DNA from: Perkinsus olseni
Lineage: Eukaryota
Direction of reading: 5' to 3'
Assembly (NCBI GenBank): GCA_013115125.1
Contig: JABANN010000003.1
Span: 1 to 64,000, forward strand
Length of the DNA: 64,000 bases
The position numbers and the translations under genes are program-made. This document shows, in pieces, positions 36,191-50,441 of this stretch. Each line of letters starts with the position of its first letter. The first letter of the stretch is position 1. The notes under the pieces were generated by a model that was not told the DNA's origin, ran no database searches, and worked only from the letters and a program-made list of their open reading frames with translations.

Positions 36191-38491
36191 TTACCGATGG
36201 CCGTTGTGACGTTTATGGTTCTTGTACGCTTTGAAAGGGAAATCTATAGATTTTTCTATTCGCCTTGCTGGGTACAGCCAATTGAAGAAGATACACATCA
36301 TTCTCGAGAAAACTACCATCAGGACGCAAATCTGAGAAGAACTCCAGTGAACACCAAAGCTGATACTCGTTGCACTTCATGCTTGAGAGGTGATCTGCAG
36401 CTATGTACATCATTACCTTTCCAAGGGCTGGACCAGTGGTGTGCATCAGCTTGATTCTTTGCTTTAGAGTCATATCCGGGGTGTCCATCACCTTCTTATA
36501 CACATCAGCCGTTCGCCGTGCAACATCGTTCCAACTGTACATCTCAGAGACCTGATAGATGTGCCAGCGTTACGCAAGAAGAGAAGCAAACGCTTACCTT
36601 TAGATGCTGGTCCCACCGATCACGATACGGGACGTCTTCTGTGATCGTCTCTGATACTGCTTCTATGAATTTCTCTGCATTTGGTGGGCACAAGCGTATC
36701 ATCGAAGGCGGCAAAACTTCAGGTACACCACCGACATCAGTAGAAACAACCTAAGTTGACCTTTCTCAAGCGAATGGAACACGGCTCAACGACGACGCGC
36801 CGGTAAGTGCCAGAGGGGAACTCCAAGCTCCCATACTTACGCAGAGCCCGCAGCTAGCTGCCTCCACAATGGCGATGCAAAAGGCTTCAGTGAGGCTGCA
36901 GTTGAGGAAGATATCCCCTCGAAGCAGAACGTCCCGAACTTGCGAGTGAGGAACCTGAAGTCAGCGATCGTCATGATGACGCGGACCAACGAAGGATAAT
37001 ACCTTCCCCAGTAACTCTGTCCTGTCGTGTAACTTATACCGCTCCAGCATCTGCTCAATGTCCATTCGCTTCGGCCCCTCGCCAGCAATGATCCAGTGGA
37101 CCTATCGAGACAATACTTCTACGCAGAGTTCAAGATGGGTGGCATATCACATGAGGGAACCGCCGACTAATTTCTGGCATCACGTCGATGAGGATGTCGA
37201 TTCCTTTTCGGAAAGTGAGCCGCGATACCACCACAATAGACACCTGCGAAGACCCGACTGTTCGGAAACTCGGTCAGTGACTCCGAAGCGCCCCTTCTGA
37301 CAGTCCGCGGGATAGGAAGAGAAGGAGCTCACTGAGTCATGCTGTAATGGGCCAACCCTCGGGGATGGGTTTGGTGTAAAACGAGAAGCATCAACAGCGT
37401 TGGGTATCACCTGCCATGAAAGCGCCGAAATCATTGACCTATCCCATATCTCCTCTCAACTATACTACGCTAACATCGTCCGGCCTTATCGCTGCCCGAA
37501 GAATTAGGTTCTCCTTATTGGTATGCGATACACAAATGCAGTGGTGAACCTGGCAAGATATCGAAGAATATGATAGGCACCTATCCTCGTATATGCTCAC
37601 ATCCGTGAGGAACACTTTCAGCACTTTGTTGATCGCTATGCAGGCCGCGTCTCCAAAACCGAACAAACTGTGATCAGTATAAACCTGGCACCGGCAGAAA
37701 TAGGAAATCAGACAATGATGACGAGCACTTACAGTCTTATAGCCCATCGTTCGCGCGTGAAAACACATCTCCTGGCACAGTGCAGAGGTTGCTTGATGGC
37801 CGTGCACCTAAGGAGACATCTCATCACAGTGGAGCGGGTACATCTGCTTACTATATCGATACGCTCGCGGATTAGAATCTGTCGCATGAGACCAAAGTAT
37901 GTAATAAAAGCTGGGAGGGTACCTAAATCGGGTTATCAATACCGATGCAAGTCTGATAGCACCCTGTCGCCTACATTGGTCCACAAAGGTTTTGTAAGGG
38001 AGATAATATGCTTTCAAACCATTCGTCATGTATCTGACCTAGCAAAGTCACCACATGAATCGGTCTCTACTCGCGCGCACAAGCTGACTGACCCCCTAGT
38101 GCCTTACTCCCATTCTATCCCCTCGGTAATGGGTGATGACTATGACGTAGAAACCCAGATCCATAAGGCACTGACTGAGCTGATAGATATGCATTTCCAC
38201 GCCGCCTGATAGGAGAAGAAGAAAGTGACCATCCAACGTCTTGCCCCTGGACGAGGAAGTTTCCTCGGTTGCTCGCTGGCAGCGCTTGCTCCCAGCAACT
38301 AGGATGCGGAGCCCGGGCGGGACAGTTTTGGACACGAACCGTTCCACATTTTTACCCAGCCCCGGGTAGAAAAAGTCCGATACCATGGCCACTCGAGGCC
38401 CCTTTAAGTGCCGAGACCGGTGCCTGCGATGCTGTACCTGAGCTCTAGGCGCATCTTCACCGCGCACACTGACCATTAACGCAAAAACCAT
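36191..38491 (-). CDS. PIGA: Phosphatidylinositol N-acetylglucosaminyltransferase subunit A (PIG-A/GPI3)
   Basis: [85 protein letters not shown]-terminal TM plus [14 protein letters not shown]. Confidence 0.95.
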
Positions 38492-38968
38492 GCAGGTTCA
38501 GCAGACAACCAAGACGAGAAAAGGAAAGCTCAGATTCGAACCTTATACTACCGTTTCAACACGGCAGTTTTCCATAGTGCAATCGTTAGGGCAGTCATGG
38601 CTCGATTTCTCCCGTGATGAGGAAGGTGAAGATTCCGTGGACATTTCCGACAAAAAAGCTGCGGAGGAAGCCCCGACCACTCGATACTAGCCCGCGAATA
38701 CCCCCTCGTTCGCACTACACCTCCTCGATCAGCAAAAAAAATAATACTGTAACACAACAAATGCAGAACAGAGATACGTCTCCCTTGTAGCTGGCATCAC
38801 TACCTTCTAGGAGGCCGCTGCGATGTTATGAGAAAAATAGCTTATACAACCCACACTCACACCACAGTTGCTTCCAGTTACTGATGGTCCTATGAAAGCC
38901 GCTGCAAGTAGGCAGGAAAAATTATGAATGACCAGTGTATAGCAAGCCAAATATATAACTGTGAATCT

Positions 38969-40021
38969 CTACCGTGTTCCGCATACGAGCGAGAGGTGGC
39001 TAAGCTGCAAGTTTACCATTTTGAGTCTAGACAAACAGAGCTTCGGGTCTTGCGACTCAGATGTTGCAGCCACCTTCATAGAAGTTAGCTTCACACGAGT
39101 AGACATACCTACGATATACAAGAATGAGGTTGTCATCATGAGCAATCGGGGAGAAATGTAATGCATGATTCCACAATCGGCTTCATCACAATACGGCCTA
39201 GCGATTGTACGCAATACGACTCCAGTCACAGGGAGAGCGAGCGGCTCAAGGCCCGACATTCCTGCAAACAGCCTCGACACTGCTGTGAGCATTTTTTCCC
39301 CGACCGCCCCACTGTGGCACCAAAGTTTTATCTCAAGTTGCGGGCCTGCTCCTGTTATTACTCTTTCGCTATGTGTCCAACGCTCAGAATCCCGCATAGA
39401 GCAGCGAGCGCTACAACCGTGCAGATGGTTGTGAAAGTGGCGCCCTCATCCTTCCCTAGAATTATCGCGCCCGCGAGAAGTTCAGACATGACCAGTACCT
39501 GATAACAAATCACGAGGCAGGTGGTTGATCTGTGACCTGTACTACATGAGAGAACAAGAACATCACATAGAAGCGCTTGGCCTCATACAAGGACCCGCGA
39601 GCTAGGATGCCATCGGCACCCGTTGCCATTAAGAAAGCAGCAGTTATCAGCCCGGAGTTCCTAATGAGAGTCTGGTGAGGGAACTGTAATGATGCATCCA
39701 GGATGACCGCCCTGAGGGAAAATAGATGCTCGTACGGAAGCCAGATAGAAAAGCAAGCAAGCTTGTAAACGACAAACGCATGGTATTCCAGATTCGAGAG
39801 CAAGTGATCGAGGCCCCACCCTCCTACCCAATCGCCGTAGCGATTCCCAGAACCACCAGGAAGATGGAGTATCCCCTCAATGGCGTAGGGACAGGCCTGG
39901 GAGGTGCTTGCAACAACAGATAATGCAACGTCTCATCGACGTGGCGAGGAGAGTTACAGAGCACGTCTGCAGGCTGCAACAAAGGCATTTGCGAGCTCCG
40001 TCCAGAAGATATAGTCGGCAT
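38969..40021 (-). CDS. Hypothetical multipass membrane protein
   Basis: Exon-like ORFs with hydrophobic stretches (SIFLVVLGIATAI, GLITAAFLMATG, FYVMFLFSHVV, TICTVVALAALCGILSV). Ends approximate. Confidence 0.45.
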
Positions 40022-40410
40022 TATGGTACAGGAAAGCTTGTAATAACTAACACATACTAGCTTCTGATGTGATTGCAGAAGACAACACAGAGAGCAACAA
40101 CGGCCAACGGTTTCTACACGTACATGCCGTGGCCTTCAGTTTCGCCCGCGAGGGTGTATCACCGCGTCACTTCGAAGGGGGACACTGACGTACACGGTGG
40201 GTCGAGACTTCCTCCCACGCTGCTGCATATCGATATTTTCTCTAGTGCCGAGTAGTATCGCCTACGACTTGGAATGCGCACAATAACTAGACCTTCTTTT
40301 ACACATCACATCAGAAGTTGACTCTGCTCCGCTTCGTCGGCATTGTGTTGCAAGATTCGAAAATTAGTTAAACGCTGAGTTATAGTACCACATATTTGGT
40401 GTTGCTTGCT

Positions 40411-42521
40411 ATGTCGTCTTTAGCACAGCGGATATCCTCCACGGTAGCGAAGCGAGTAGTAGCTTCCCCAGAACCGGCCCCGCTAGCAATATACTGTAAG
40501 TTCGGGTGATCTGAGGTGTCATGCATAGTCCGGCCTGCCCGTATCCCGATCTCGAGCCTTCGGTATCTCCAGATTCGAGTACGGGCTATTGATTGCAGTA
40601 GCGTGGAGGGAATGACGTCACACGCTGAGTTTAGGCTATAAGAAGCACTTCATGAGGCAGCAGCAGATTAAGGAGAAAATCAAGGGCCTACAGAACCCGC
40701 AGAAGGCCGACTGCGGACCACTGGGAGAGTATAATTTGCGATTCGCCGGGTGTCTCGAACGCTTCCGTCACAGGTGGTGGCGATGGTTCCGAGATAGGAG
40801 AATCCGCATCAAGAAGCGGAAGCAGTATATATGAGCAATTGAATAACAAGCCCATGTACGTTGTTTCTGTTCCCTGTTGTCGTTCGCGTTGGGGCTCTCG
40901 ATCGGTTAGTTTTCCGGTATCTGCAGTACTGTCCAACTCCCTGTTATCGTCTTCCACGGTGATGAGTTCACCTGCTACCCGTAATCTGTGCTTAACAATT
41001 CCCAATCGGGTCACCGCAACTGCCAGCGGGGCCGTGAGGAATCTGTCGACCTCGGCGCCGAGATTTTACACGCAAGAGGAGATTAATACTGCGCAAAACT
41101 TCTTCCAGCTGATGATGGATGGTAATTGAGGCAAGGGATGGGCTGACTATGTGACTTGTTGGGCAAACCAATATTCTTTAATTCAGGCGACATCACTGGA
41201 GCTGCTAAACTCGCGGAGCCCCAAGCGAAAACACTCGGTATGGGCGTAGAGGAGTTCATGGCTAAACAGGCTAGCGAACGAGCATACCTTATTTACAGGT
41301 GATAATGGGTGACTTAGAATGTGGGAGTTCTGCCTAATAATTCAGACTCCGGAGGGCTCTCTGAAGCTTGAACTATTGGTCATCCATATAGCTGTCACAT
41401 GTGTCGCAGTAGTGATAGACGTCAGGTTTTCCTCATCGGAGCGCCAAGAGGCAATCAGGCTCGCTATGGACGGTGAAGGCTTCGATCAGGGACTGACTGA
41501 GGAAGAGCGACAAGCGAATACTTCAGGTGCGGGGCACGGCTCCGCGCAGTAGCTCCGATAAGACCGTTTTTTCTTGAACTACGAACTGCCGTTTCTCCCT
41601 CGTGACCACGAGTTCTACCCGGCGGAGTAGTACTGCCAGCTGTCATAGGTCTCCGTTTGGACTCACAAGGCAGCAATCTGCACATTTGAGGTCGTTTCTT
41701 TCAGCGTCCGGTATGGCTATGTGCAAGCCTGAGCTTATCCACGAGATCTTGGAGTCGGAAGGAAATAAGTTCTGGCTGCCGCTTTGCGAAGAGCATTACA
41801 ACAGGATCCAACAGGGTAGTCCGAGTCGGTTGGATTCGCTGGTTACATTTTGCGGTTCAGTTATCAAGATGTGCCGCACATCTCTGGCGTTTGGCGATGT
41901 CTGCCCTGCGCCTACGAGGGACTATCAGCTGCTAGGACGCTCCTATCCCTCCAGGATTATGCTGGGGAAGAGCGGCGCTGTTTTGCAGACGTGAGCAGCT
42001 AATTCCAATCTATTCGTGGAGTGGATGTTGAATCATAGATTTGCAGGTACATATCGCGTCTCATGGCCGGGTCGCGGTCGTTCTCTCCACAAGCTATGGC
42101 AAACCATGAGGCCGCTTCTCAGCTATTTGACACGCAACTTCGTGGTTTGGGACCGGCAGATGGGCCGCTGGAGAAGCCCGATGCGGATCAGTCGGATCGG
42201 TTAGAGGAATTTAAGGAGTGGGCGGAGCAAAGGGAAGAAGCCGCACAGAAACATCAGCGACTCGTGAGTTTTTCTGCCGCTGGATCACGCTGGGGAAGTC
42301 ACTAGCCATCAGTTGCTTCACCTGACATGCGACGTCTCTCGATACATGCTAGCACCGCCCGAGGGCCGAGCACTCATGGAGCTTGCGAAGCTGGTGATCA
42401 CTCCAGAAGATGAGAAGGAGAAAGCGTAGGATTAGGCAGCGGTAATGCATCACTATCAGCGCAAACTTCTCCTCTTAGGTATACATCCGGAGTCATCCAG
42501 TCGACTTTGGATATGATGTAA
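40411..42521 (+). CDS. Hypothetical multi-exon protein, possibly mitochondrial (may be two genes)
   Basis: MSSLAQRISSTVAKRVV presequence-like start; series of GT-AG-bounded exons; last exon AYTSGVIQSTLDMM*. Confidence 0.45.
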
Positions 42522-42804
42522 ATTACTGTTCATTCAAGTGTTTCTCAGTGATATCCCTGTATGTCGTGTTATTGAGTAATCTGACTCGTTCCAAAGGAGA
42601 GGTTGACGCCACCTCCGAAAACTGCAAAACTCCCTTCACTTCCGAGCTTCTTGTGGGGAAACTCAGTTGTCTTTCCTCTCGTTGACCATCGTTGACTCAC
42701 TCTCTGAAGAATTAACTAGAGAGCAATACTTCAACACTACAAGGGTCTTAGTCACAACACTTCACAAGCATCACATTCGGCTTTGGTGTTCATGCAGTAA
42801 GAAA

Positions 42805-45800
42805 CTAGCTAGAAAAGTTCGGAGGACCAATGATGAACACCCGATCGTCCGAGTTCAGCAACGTTGACATTGGCGGGAAGGTGAAGACGTACGACCTGAA
42901 AACCCGAGAGTAACCACTCATCGAAGCTTTCCGTCCCTTGCTTCAGCTGGGCGTTCTTCTCTGAGTCCGGTGAGAAACTCAAAGCTGCATACGAACTTTG
43001 TGGCTGACGTCGATATAATCCCAGAGGGACGCACCTGAAAGTTCCAACACCCCACGATAGACTGGTAAACGTACCCGCCGATGTTACCCGCCGCTGACGA
43101 GGTGTTTGAGGAGGTCACCAAAAGTCGCTCCGGCGATTCGTAGCGGGTCGCTGGAAGCAGCAATCTGTTCCCTTGTCTCGCTCGGCATGTTAGATTTGGC
43201 GAAGAACGCGTTCTGTGGGATGGCGGTTCCTCTAATTGCAGTGCTGCTCCAGTGCTTACCAAGCGCTCGTTTTTCCAGGCCTCGCTCAGGTCAACCAGTT
43301 CAACGCACGGCTGTATACCCGAGTTCGGCTGGTCGCCGTAGAAATCGAGGCCTGCAGAATCAGTCACTCGCCTGCCTTTGCCACCATGTATTCCTACCTC
43401 CATCAATCATGAGGGACGCCATTATTCCTGCGTCGACGAGGATATCGGAGAGGACTGGAGATCTGAGCGTGGATGAGCGGTTTGTCAACGGTGAGCGCAT
43501 CGTAGTACCTGCTGATGGCTGGGAAGAGTATGGATTCAGAGATCACATTGCCCATGGCGAACTCGGGTGAGTCCATGTGAAACAGGTTACCCCTGAGGAC
43601 GTGCTGATGTTACTGTGGCTCGAGTCCTGTTGTGTGAGGTGCTCTAGTACTTCACTCCTTCAGAAGGCCACCAGGAGCTCTCGTCCAGGAATGACAGACA
43701 TGTAACGTCCTGGAGGCATGTGATTATGGACTGAGAGGTATTTCTCCAGATGATCTACGTCGCAGTTTCTCCTACACGGCTGACGCGCACTGCCTCGGTA
43801 CCATCTTCGCTGAACATTGACGCCACTGAAGTGCGCCTCCCAGCTCCCGTCGAGCTGGAATCCAGGTCCCTCGTATTGCAGCGTCCAGAACTCCTGGATT
43901 GGTGAGGGCATCAACAGCTTACTGTATTGCTTAGGACTGCTATTACTTCACCTTATCTTTCACGTGCTTTATCTCATGCGTCGTCAGGGCCGATATGAAG
44001 TCTTGGGGAGGAGGACGCGCACTCGAACCTGCAAACGCAAGTCAAGCGCGGGAATCCCTACCAGTCAGGCAGTACCGGGAGGGTTCGAAAACCGATTTGC
44101 CGGACCAGGCAGGGATGAACGGCTCGGACCACGCGCAACCCCAGGCCAACTCGAGATGCTGGTTAGGACGGCTACAACGTCGGCAGCTCCGACACCGGCA
44201 CGGGCGAGGTCCTCTCGTGAAGTTGGGCTCCCAAGAACCTCAAGAAACAGCTAACTCTCATACGCCCCTTTCACTGAGAGCGTACCCATGCAACCCTTCC
44301 GGCGAATTCGGAGAGTTCAGCAATCGAGCCTTCAGTATTCGGAGAGAGGACCACACACTTGGTCTTCGCGCTACCCTTGCTACCTGGGGAAAGTATCAGG
44401 AAGTAGACAGTATGCTCGGAAGAGTACTGAAGATTGTCCGCAAGAAGCAGGGCAGTCCATTTGGCCAACCAACAACAACGACCAGGCTCGGACCGGTAGC
44501 TGTGAAGCCTAGCGCTCCGGACGGATCGAAGATACTAAAATTGAAACTGAGAGCGAGCGACCTTGTATGGGCGAACGCTCGCGGCGATACGGTTGCCCAC
44601 TCTGGGTCATCTCCCATTCGACCTTCAAGCGTACTAGTCAGCTCCGGAAAGGCCTCGAGAAAGTCTTCGAAGATAATGCGTGATTTGTCAACTCTGTAAA
44701 CGGGCTGCAATCTCAACCTTGTGGCTCCACTGACGAACTGAGGTCACCGAACAAGTTGGACGATTCTGGAGAGCCGCATACGTTCTTCCTCTGCTCGATG
44801 AGTAAGCCACGCTTTTCGGCCCCCTGCGCTATCGCGGTGGGCAGAGACGCCCTCGATGGGAATGGATTATTTTGCAGACCGTCCTTTCGTTGTTTCACAA
44901 TGGAACCTAAGGAACCCTTCTACTGTATGATGACATCCAGGCTACCGTCAGCAAAGGCTGATGACTCACCGCGGAATCTCCTAGATGGTGACGCTTCACC
45001 TGGAGGGAGCATGTGGTCAGAACAAGTCATGCCAGTAAAAAACCTACCTTCAGTACCCGAAGGTCGCCTCGTCGTGGTGCCCGAACTCGATTGAGGCGAG
45101 GGGCCGAATATCTATAACAATGGACCGTACACGATACTTGGCACTCGCCGCGCTGTGCCCCACGCTCCCCATGGATCTGACTGCCTTCAGCGCTCTCCGC
45201 CCTGTCGTAAAGAAGGTGTTCTGTCTTCGTAGACCTGCAAGACTCTTGGAGAGTGGAGGCGAACAAAGTATAGCACCTTCACCTCTCCTCTTGCTGCTAC
45301 CTCCGGCCCCACCAGTTTGCCCATCCGCGAGACCTGCGATGCAATTAATCTGGGCGTTGCTGAGAAACTTTGTACCACCTACCCATGTGAGCTAGCCTAT
45401 CGGACATATCCCGGGTCAGTACAGCTCCTGCGCTAGCCTAAAAAGACTTGGCAGGGCATACTAGTGATGAAACAGCAGTACGGATCGCTTCTTCTTCGTT
45501 GTGCCCTCTGCCTGGTCTTCCGATACCTCTGACACACTCTCCGGCATTCCAGGTATCCTGTGCACAGCTTCGCAGAAAATCAGAAGCTTTGCTGTTGCTT
45601 ACGGGAATACTATGGGCTCATCTCCACTCGAATACCGCCTGGTGCCACGACTCTCGCCTGTGATCGAACACCCTCCCAGAGTAGTTCCCTAGTTTCTCAC
45701 GTATGCTGGCTGTATCAGCATGGTGGCGTTCAGGAGACCGTGTCTGAGCCCGAAAGGGGCTCCATACCGCTGCAAGCTCGAATCAAATTACCTCATCAAC

Positions 45801-48800
45801 CTCAGTAGCCGTTATTATGTGCGGAGGTCCAGTTTGTGAACTGCCAACGGCGGCCATGGCGCAGCACCAGCCTTCCCGTGAGGTCCTACGCCGACACATC
45901 ATCATTTTCTCCTTGCATCCGAAAGCGTGCGGGGATGAACAGCCTCATCCTGTCTCGATCCAGCTCGCTCCAGAATGGTGATTCTGAGACAGTTCGGTAG
46001 TTCAGCCCTGTGAAGTTGTGTGATAAGACTAGGAGGAGGCTTGCTCTTCAAACTCACCCAGTGCTTGTATCTCTAGAGCCTTTCTCGCGCTCGAGGCGAG
46101 GATGATCAAACCATCAGCGGCGGTTAACTCTTGTCCAGCAGGATTCAGTAACATGTGCCCTGAGCTTCGAGTGCTGATAATGCGGCTGCGACCGTTCCGC
46201 AACTTACCTGTCGATGCCATTCTATCTATGCCGAAGAGGCAGACTCTCGAGTGGTCAGCGAGTAGAAGTAAGAGCTCCTCATACTTGTACGGAGGCATGG
46301 CAGTGGCCACAAACGGCGGGCAGGTGATTCGATACACACACATAAAGGCACCGTGAAGGTACCTCACATGTCGAGCTCATACGCCACATGGCGGAGGGTG
46401 CTCACTCTTTGAATCCGGGAAAAAGGGGTGATTCTGGACTTTTTGCGGAGGCGCCGGATCTGATACGTGCCTCGTATCTACTCGCGATGTGGCGAACTCC
46501 CCTTCCGATAGCTGATATTATTCTCGCTCACCGCTGCCATTTGAGTATCCAGGGAAACTCGCTCAGCATCTTGTGAGATGGTGCGCCCACAGGGAGGGCA
46601 AGAGACTTGAACATATTACAGAAAAGCGTAGAGAACCTTCTCTGGGAGCTCAAACGAGACAAAGGGGTGAGCTACTTAACCCTGGGCACCCACTGCAAGT
46701 CTTGGCCATTATCTTGAGCATGAGGTCGTGCCTGCTGGTAACTTGTTCCGCGCCCATATCCAACACTTGTCGAGAAGAATCTGATAATTCTCCGGCGACC
46801 TGGATTGTTCACTGAGATTCCTACCCTCCCTCAACAGGTGGCACGAAAGACCGAACGCCTGGTCCCAGAACTTTCGAACGTGCAAGCATCGCACGACGCT
46901 GCGATGGTCCTCGGAAACTTGCTCAGAAGAGAGGGGAGTTGCTGCCTGAGATTCCGGATTCTATCAATCGGGCAACCGAGAGTAGGCTGACCTCGCCAGT
47001 GCCGCATCGACGGTCGCTGAAGACGATAACAGCTCCCACCGCATCCCAACGAAGCTTGCAGAGGTCTTGGGACACTCCACTAGCGGTATCGCCAGCTTTG
47101 ATGCAGAGTCTTATCCCTGCCCAGTGGCACGTCAATAGAGAAGGTCAATCTGTAGGCTACCGAATTTTGACAACGCGTCTGAAACAGTTTCCTCGAAGTC
47201 CTTAACGGGTGAGGTGGTGAAGACGACGACATTGCGACAGTAAAGCGTATCTACAAGCAACGCGAGGCAATCGAGGGATCCCTGAGGAGGATCTCGCGAA
47301 ATCCACCACAACCTACGGCCGTGGGCGAGTTCCCAGATGAAGGTGTCGAGCTCGTCAGCAGACAGCCCTCCCGCTAGAAGAAGTACGAACTTTCCATCAA
47401 CACCAAGAACCTTTCGCGACGGGATTACCCCTGAATATCGCAAGAACACGTAGTTGGTGAGAGTCCCCCACTGCTGGAAAGCTTTCAATAATACCAATTT
47501 GGCCCCGTGGCTGACGTATCAAATAGCCTAGCTCCCGAATTTGAGCCGGTATGAATATTACTACAATTCCGATGGCGTTGATACACAGCAGCCGCCCGAA
47601 GCCCGTGACTGAGAGAAGAACACCTCGCGGAGTAGTCGCGAGGGTCTCAGACCTGGGGCAAAATCACCGTACCCAACTGTCGAGAGAGTGACCACAAAAA
47701 AGTAGACATAGTCAAAGAACCTGATCATACAGGCCAAGAAGCTGTTGGTCGATTCCGAACCCGCATTACGCAGTGAACTCTCCCTTGAGGCCAGCGGGGG
47801 CCTCCTCGTTGAACATAGCACCAGAGAAGGTGAAGATGATCCCAAGGACTCCAAGAGAGATAGATACGATCTTGAGCGTGATTTCGGAAGTTGAGGTCGC
47901 AATGCGTTCAAGTGTACGGTGTAGGCCATAGAGCCGCATGAACCTCATATACCCGTATCTACGTTTGATGATGTGGCACGAGGTATAAGCAGTGACTACT
48001 ACAACGAGAGGTAATCCTCTGGGTCAATGGCGAGGCCCCAACGGACAAAGAGCATGAAGAGCGGCATGGTGAAAATGTCCAACACCGTGGAGAGCCGCTG
48101 GCATGCAAAGTCGTGTGACTCTTCAAAACAGCACTCCGGCCTACTTTAATCCACTTGAATTTCTCTCGGGCGGTAATCAGCGATACGCAGAAGTCGATGT
48201 TGACAATCCATAGAAACACTCTCTCAACTGGTACGTGCCAGTCGGGTATCTTGGTTCACGTGAGAACACTCTCAGTTGCCGCACAAAGAAAGACCTACCC
48301 TATCCGTAAGCCACTTGCATCTCCACTCGTAGCCAATCAGAGCATGTATGAAGGTCGTCTCATAGGAACCGCGATCGCAGACCTGGGCAGCCTCAGGATT
48401 GAGATACGCTATGCTTCTAGGAGAGCACCTCATCTCTGTAGAGGTACTTTGTGAAATGTACGTAGAGCGCGCACCAAAATACTGTGATGAGGAGCCTCTG
48501 CAGCAGGAATGCCTTCGACTCCACCAGGGCCTTAAATGATCATTCACGGTGACAAGCACTTCGCGTGACCCTCGTGAGGTGATGCCTCACTCGTACATGT
48601 AGCATTCCTTGGATATCTCCTGAACTTATCAGCGACATGAGCTCCGCCCAGATTCTCCGCCAAGTATTGGTCCCAAGCTCTCGGAAAGATTCCGCTGAAT
48701 AGCATGGCGCTATATGGCCGTCAACGTCAGCAGGTATTACCGTGAGGACCCCTTTCGAAGAAGGGATTCCACTGCTGAGTTCCCGATCTCAAAGGCTCCT

Positions 48801-49959
48801 ACGAAGAGACATAAGGAGTATCAGGAGCCTATGAGCGATACTCACCCGTCTCGGCTGCGAATGTGTTCTCCAGGTTTGTCCTAAAAAATCAAGGGGCAGA
48901 GACTCAGCGGGATCCAGGCCATGGTTCGTTACCTTGCGCTCTCCCGAGATGTTCTTGTTCCTTTCCTATTCCGTGTATAGAGTAGTACCTGACGGCGACC
49001 CGAAAGTCCCTTACGTATACCTAAGGCCCATCCTGGTACCCGGATGCAGCTCTCTGACGGAGATGCAGGCCGCTATGCAGGAAGAACAGCATTAACCCCT
49101 GGACAACGAAAGTGATTGCGAGCATGAGCAGCTGGTATCTAATAAGCGGGATCGCCGAAGCGAAGAGGCTCTGCCCTCACAGTATGTCCCCGAACAGCAG
49201 GAGCTGGGATGCCAGACAAGCCAAGACGATGAGAAGTTGGACTGCTGCACTGGGGGAGGGGAGGGTAATGTTCTGACGTACGAAGACGTGGACTCACTCG
49301 AAACGGCCCGCATCAGCTACTACCCATTGCCGGCCATACAGCTCAACTTGCAGGACGCTGCTTGGGGCCTGCAAGGAGGTAAGCTTCAACGAGGACGACG
49401 CTCGTCAGAACCCCACAAGCGTGATGCCGTTCGAGGCATAGCGCATCGCGTTACTGCCTAGGCTTGCCCCGTGGCCTAGACTAGCGCGGTCTCTCTGTAC
49501 TTGACTCACTACCGAGAGGTCTACCTGACAAGGTGAAACTATGACAGCAGCAGCAATCCTGCTCTTGCGCTACCCGTGCACCAGGGATACTTGTGGTTCT
49601 CACTCGCAGTCGACGACGTACTACCGAGTCTTCCTGAGAGATGCGAGAGTACCCAGTGATCGCAGCATAGTAATTTATAGTAACCATAGAGACAGCGGAA
49701 GCAGTGGCCGCGCCGAGGGCCTCATCATCGTCGATGAAATCTTCCAGCCCAGCGAAAGTGTCCGAGAAGCCTACGCTGCCGCCTGCCGACTCTGAAAAAC
49801 GGTTCAAGCATGGTTAACTCGACCTTTCCTGAGTGTCGAAGATACGAAGGAGTGTCGATGAAACTTGCTGAGCGCCGTACCATTCCCGAAGGACCCCGAT
49901 GCAGCTGCTGACATAGGCCAACCAGTTCGATTAGCGCTCTCGGGCGGGGTCTGGGCCAT
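42805..49959 (-). CDS. Slo/BK-type (RCK-domain) potassium channel
   Basis: S4 YMRFMRLYGLHR, S5 SLGVLGIIFTFSGAM, pore FFDYVYFFVVTLSTVGYGDFAP, RCK-type VVVVGWP, TFGDLLKHL..PLGLYR, terminal YVFTFPPMSTLLNSDDRVFII. Confidence 0.88.
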
Positions 49960-50441
49960 GCTTGCCAAAAAATGCGCTGATGCTACTATGTACACCAACA
50001 AAGTTATATCAGCGTTGCTCCGAAGCTGCTCCGATTGCTGCGTTGTTGGAAGTTTTAAATTTCCTAACACTTTCCCAGTGCGTCAGCAGTTCCCGTCCGT
50101 TAATTTCCCCGGACAGCATAACCGAGGACCTTCATGAGGCTGAAGAGTCCAAATTGATCTCCTCAGCTTACAAAACTAGAGTTAACGCCTCCGGATGGCT
50201 GTGAATGGCACGTCGAGACTGTGAGACACAAACTTGAGAGGGGCGCGATATTGTGCGACAACATGCCCGTTATCATGGTGCACCACTACGACCATGAATT
50301 AACCACTCGAAACATCAATAATCGGCTTGTAGGGGTGAATGGTCGAAAGTGTATAACGATGGAACAGTCTGTCGGAGAGGGTCAGTAACCGCGGCCTCGG
50401 CAGCTCACGAAGCAAGATGGTAACTTGAAGATGAAATGTTG

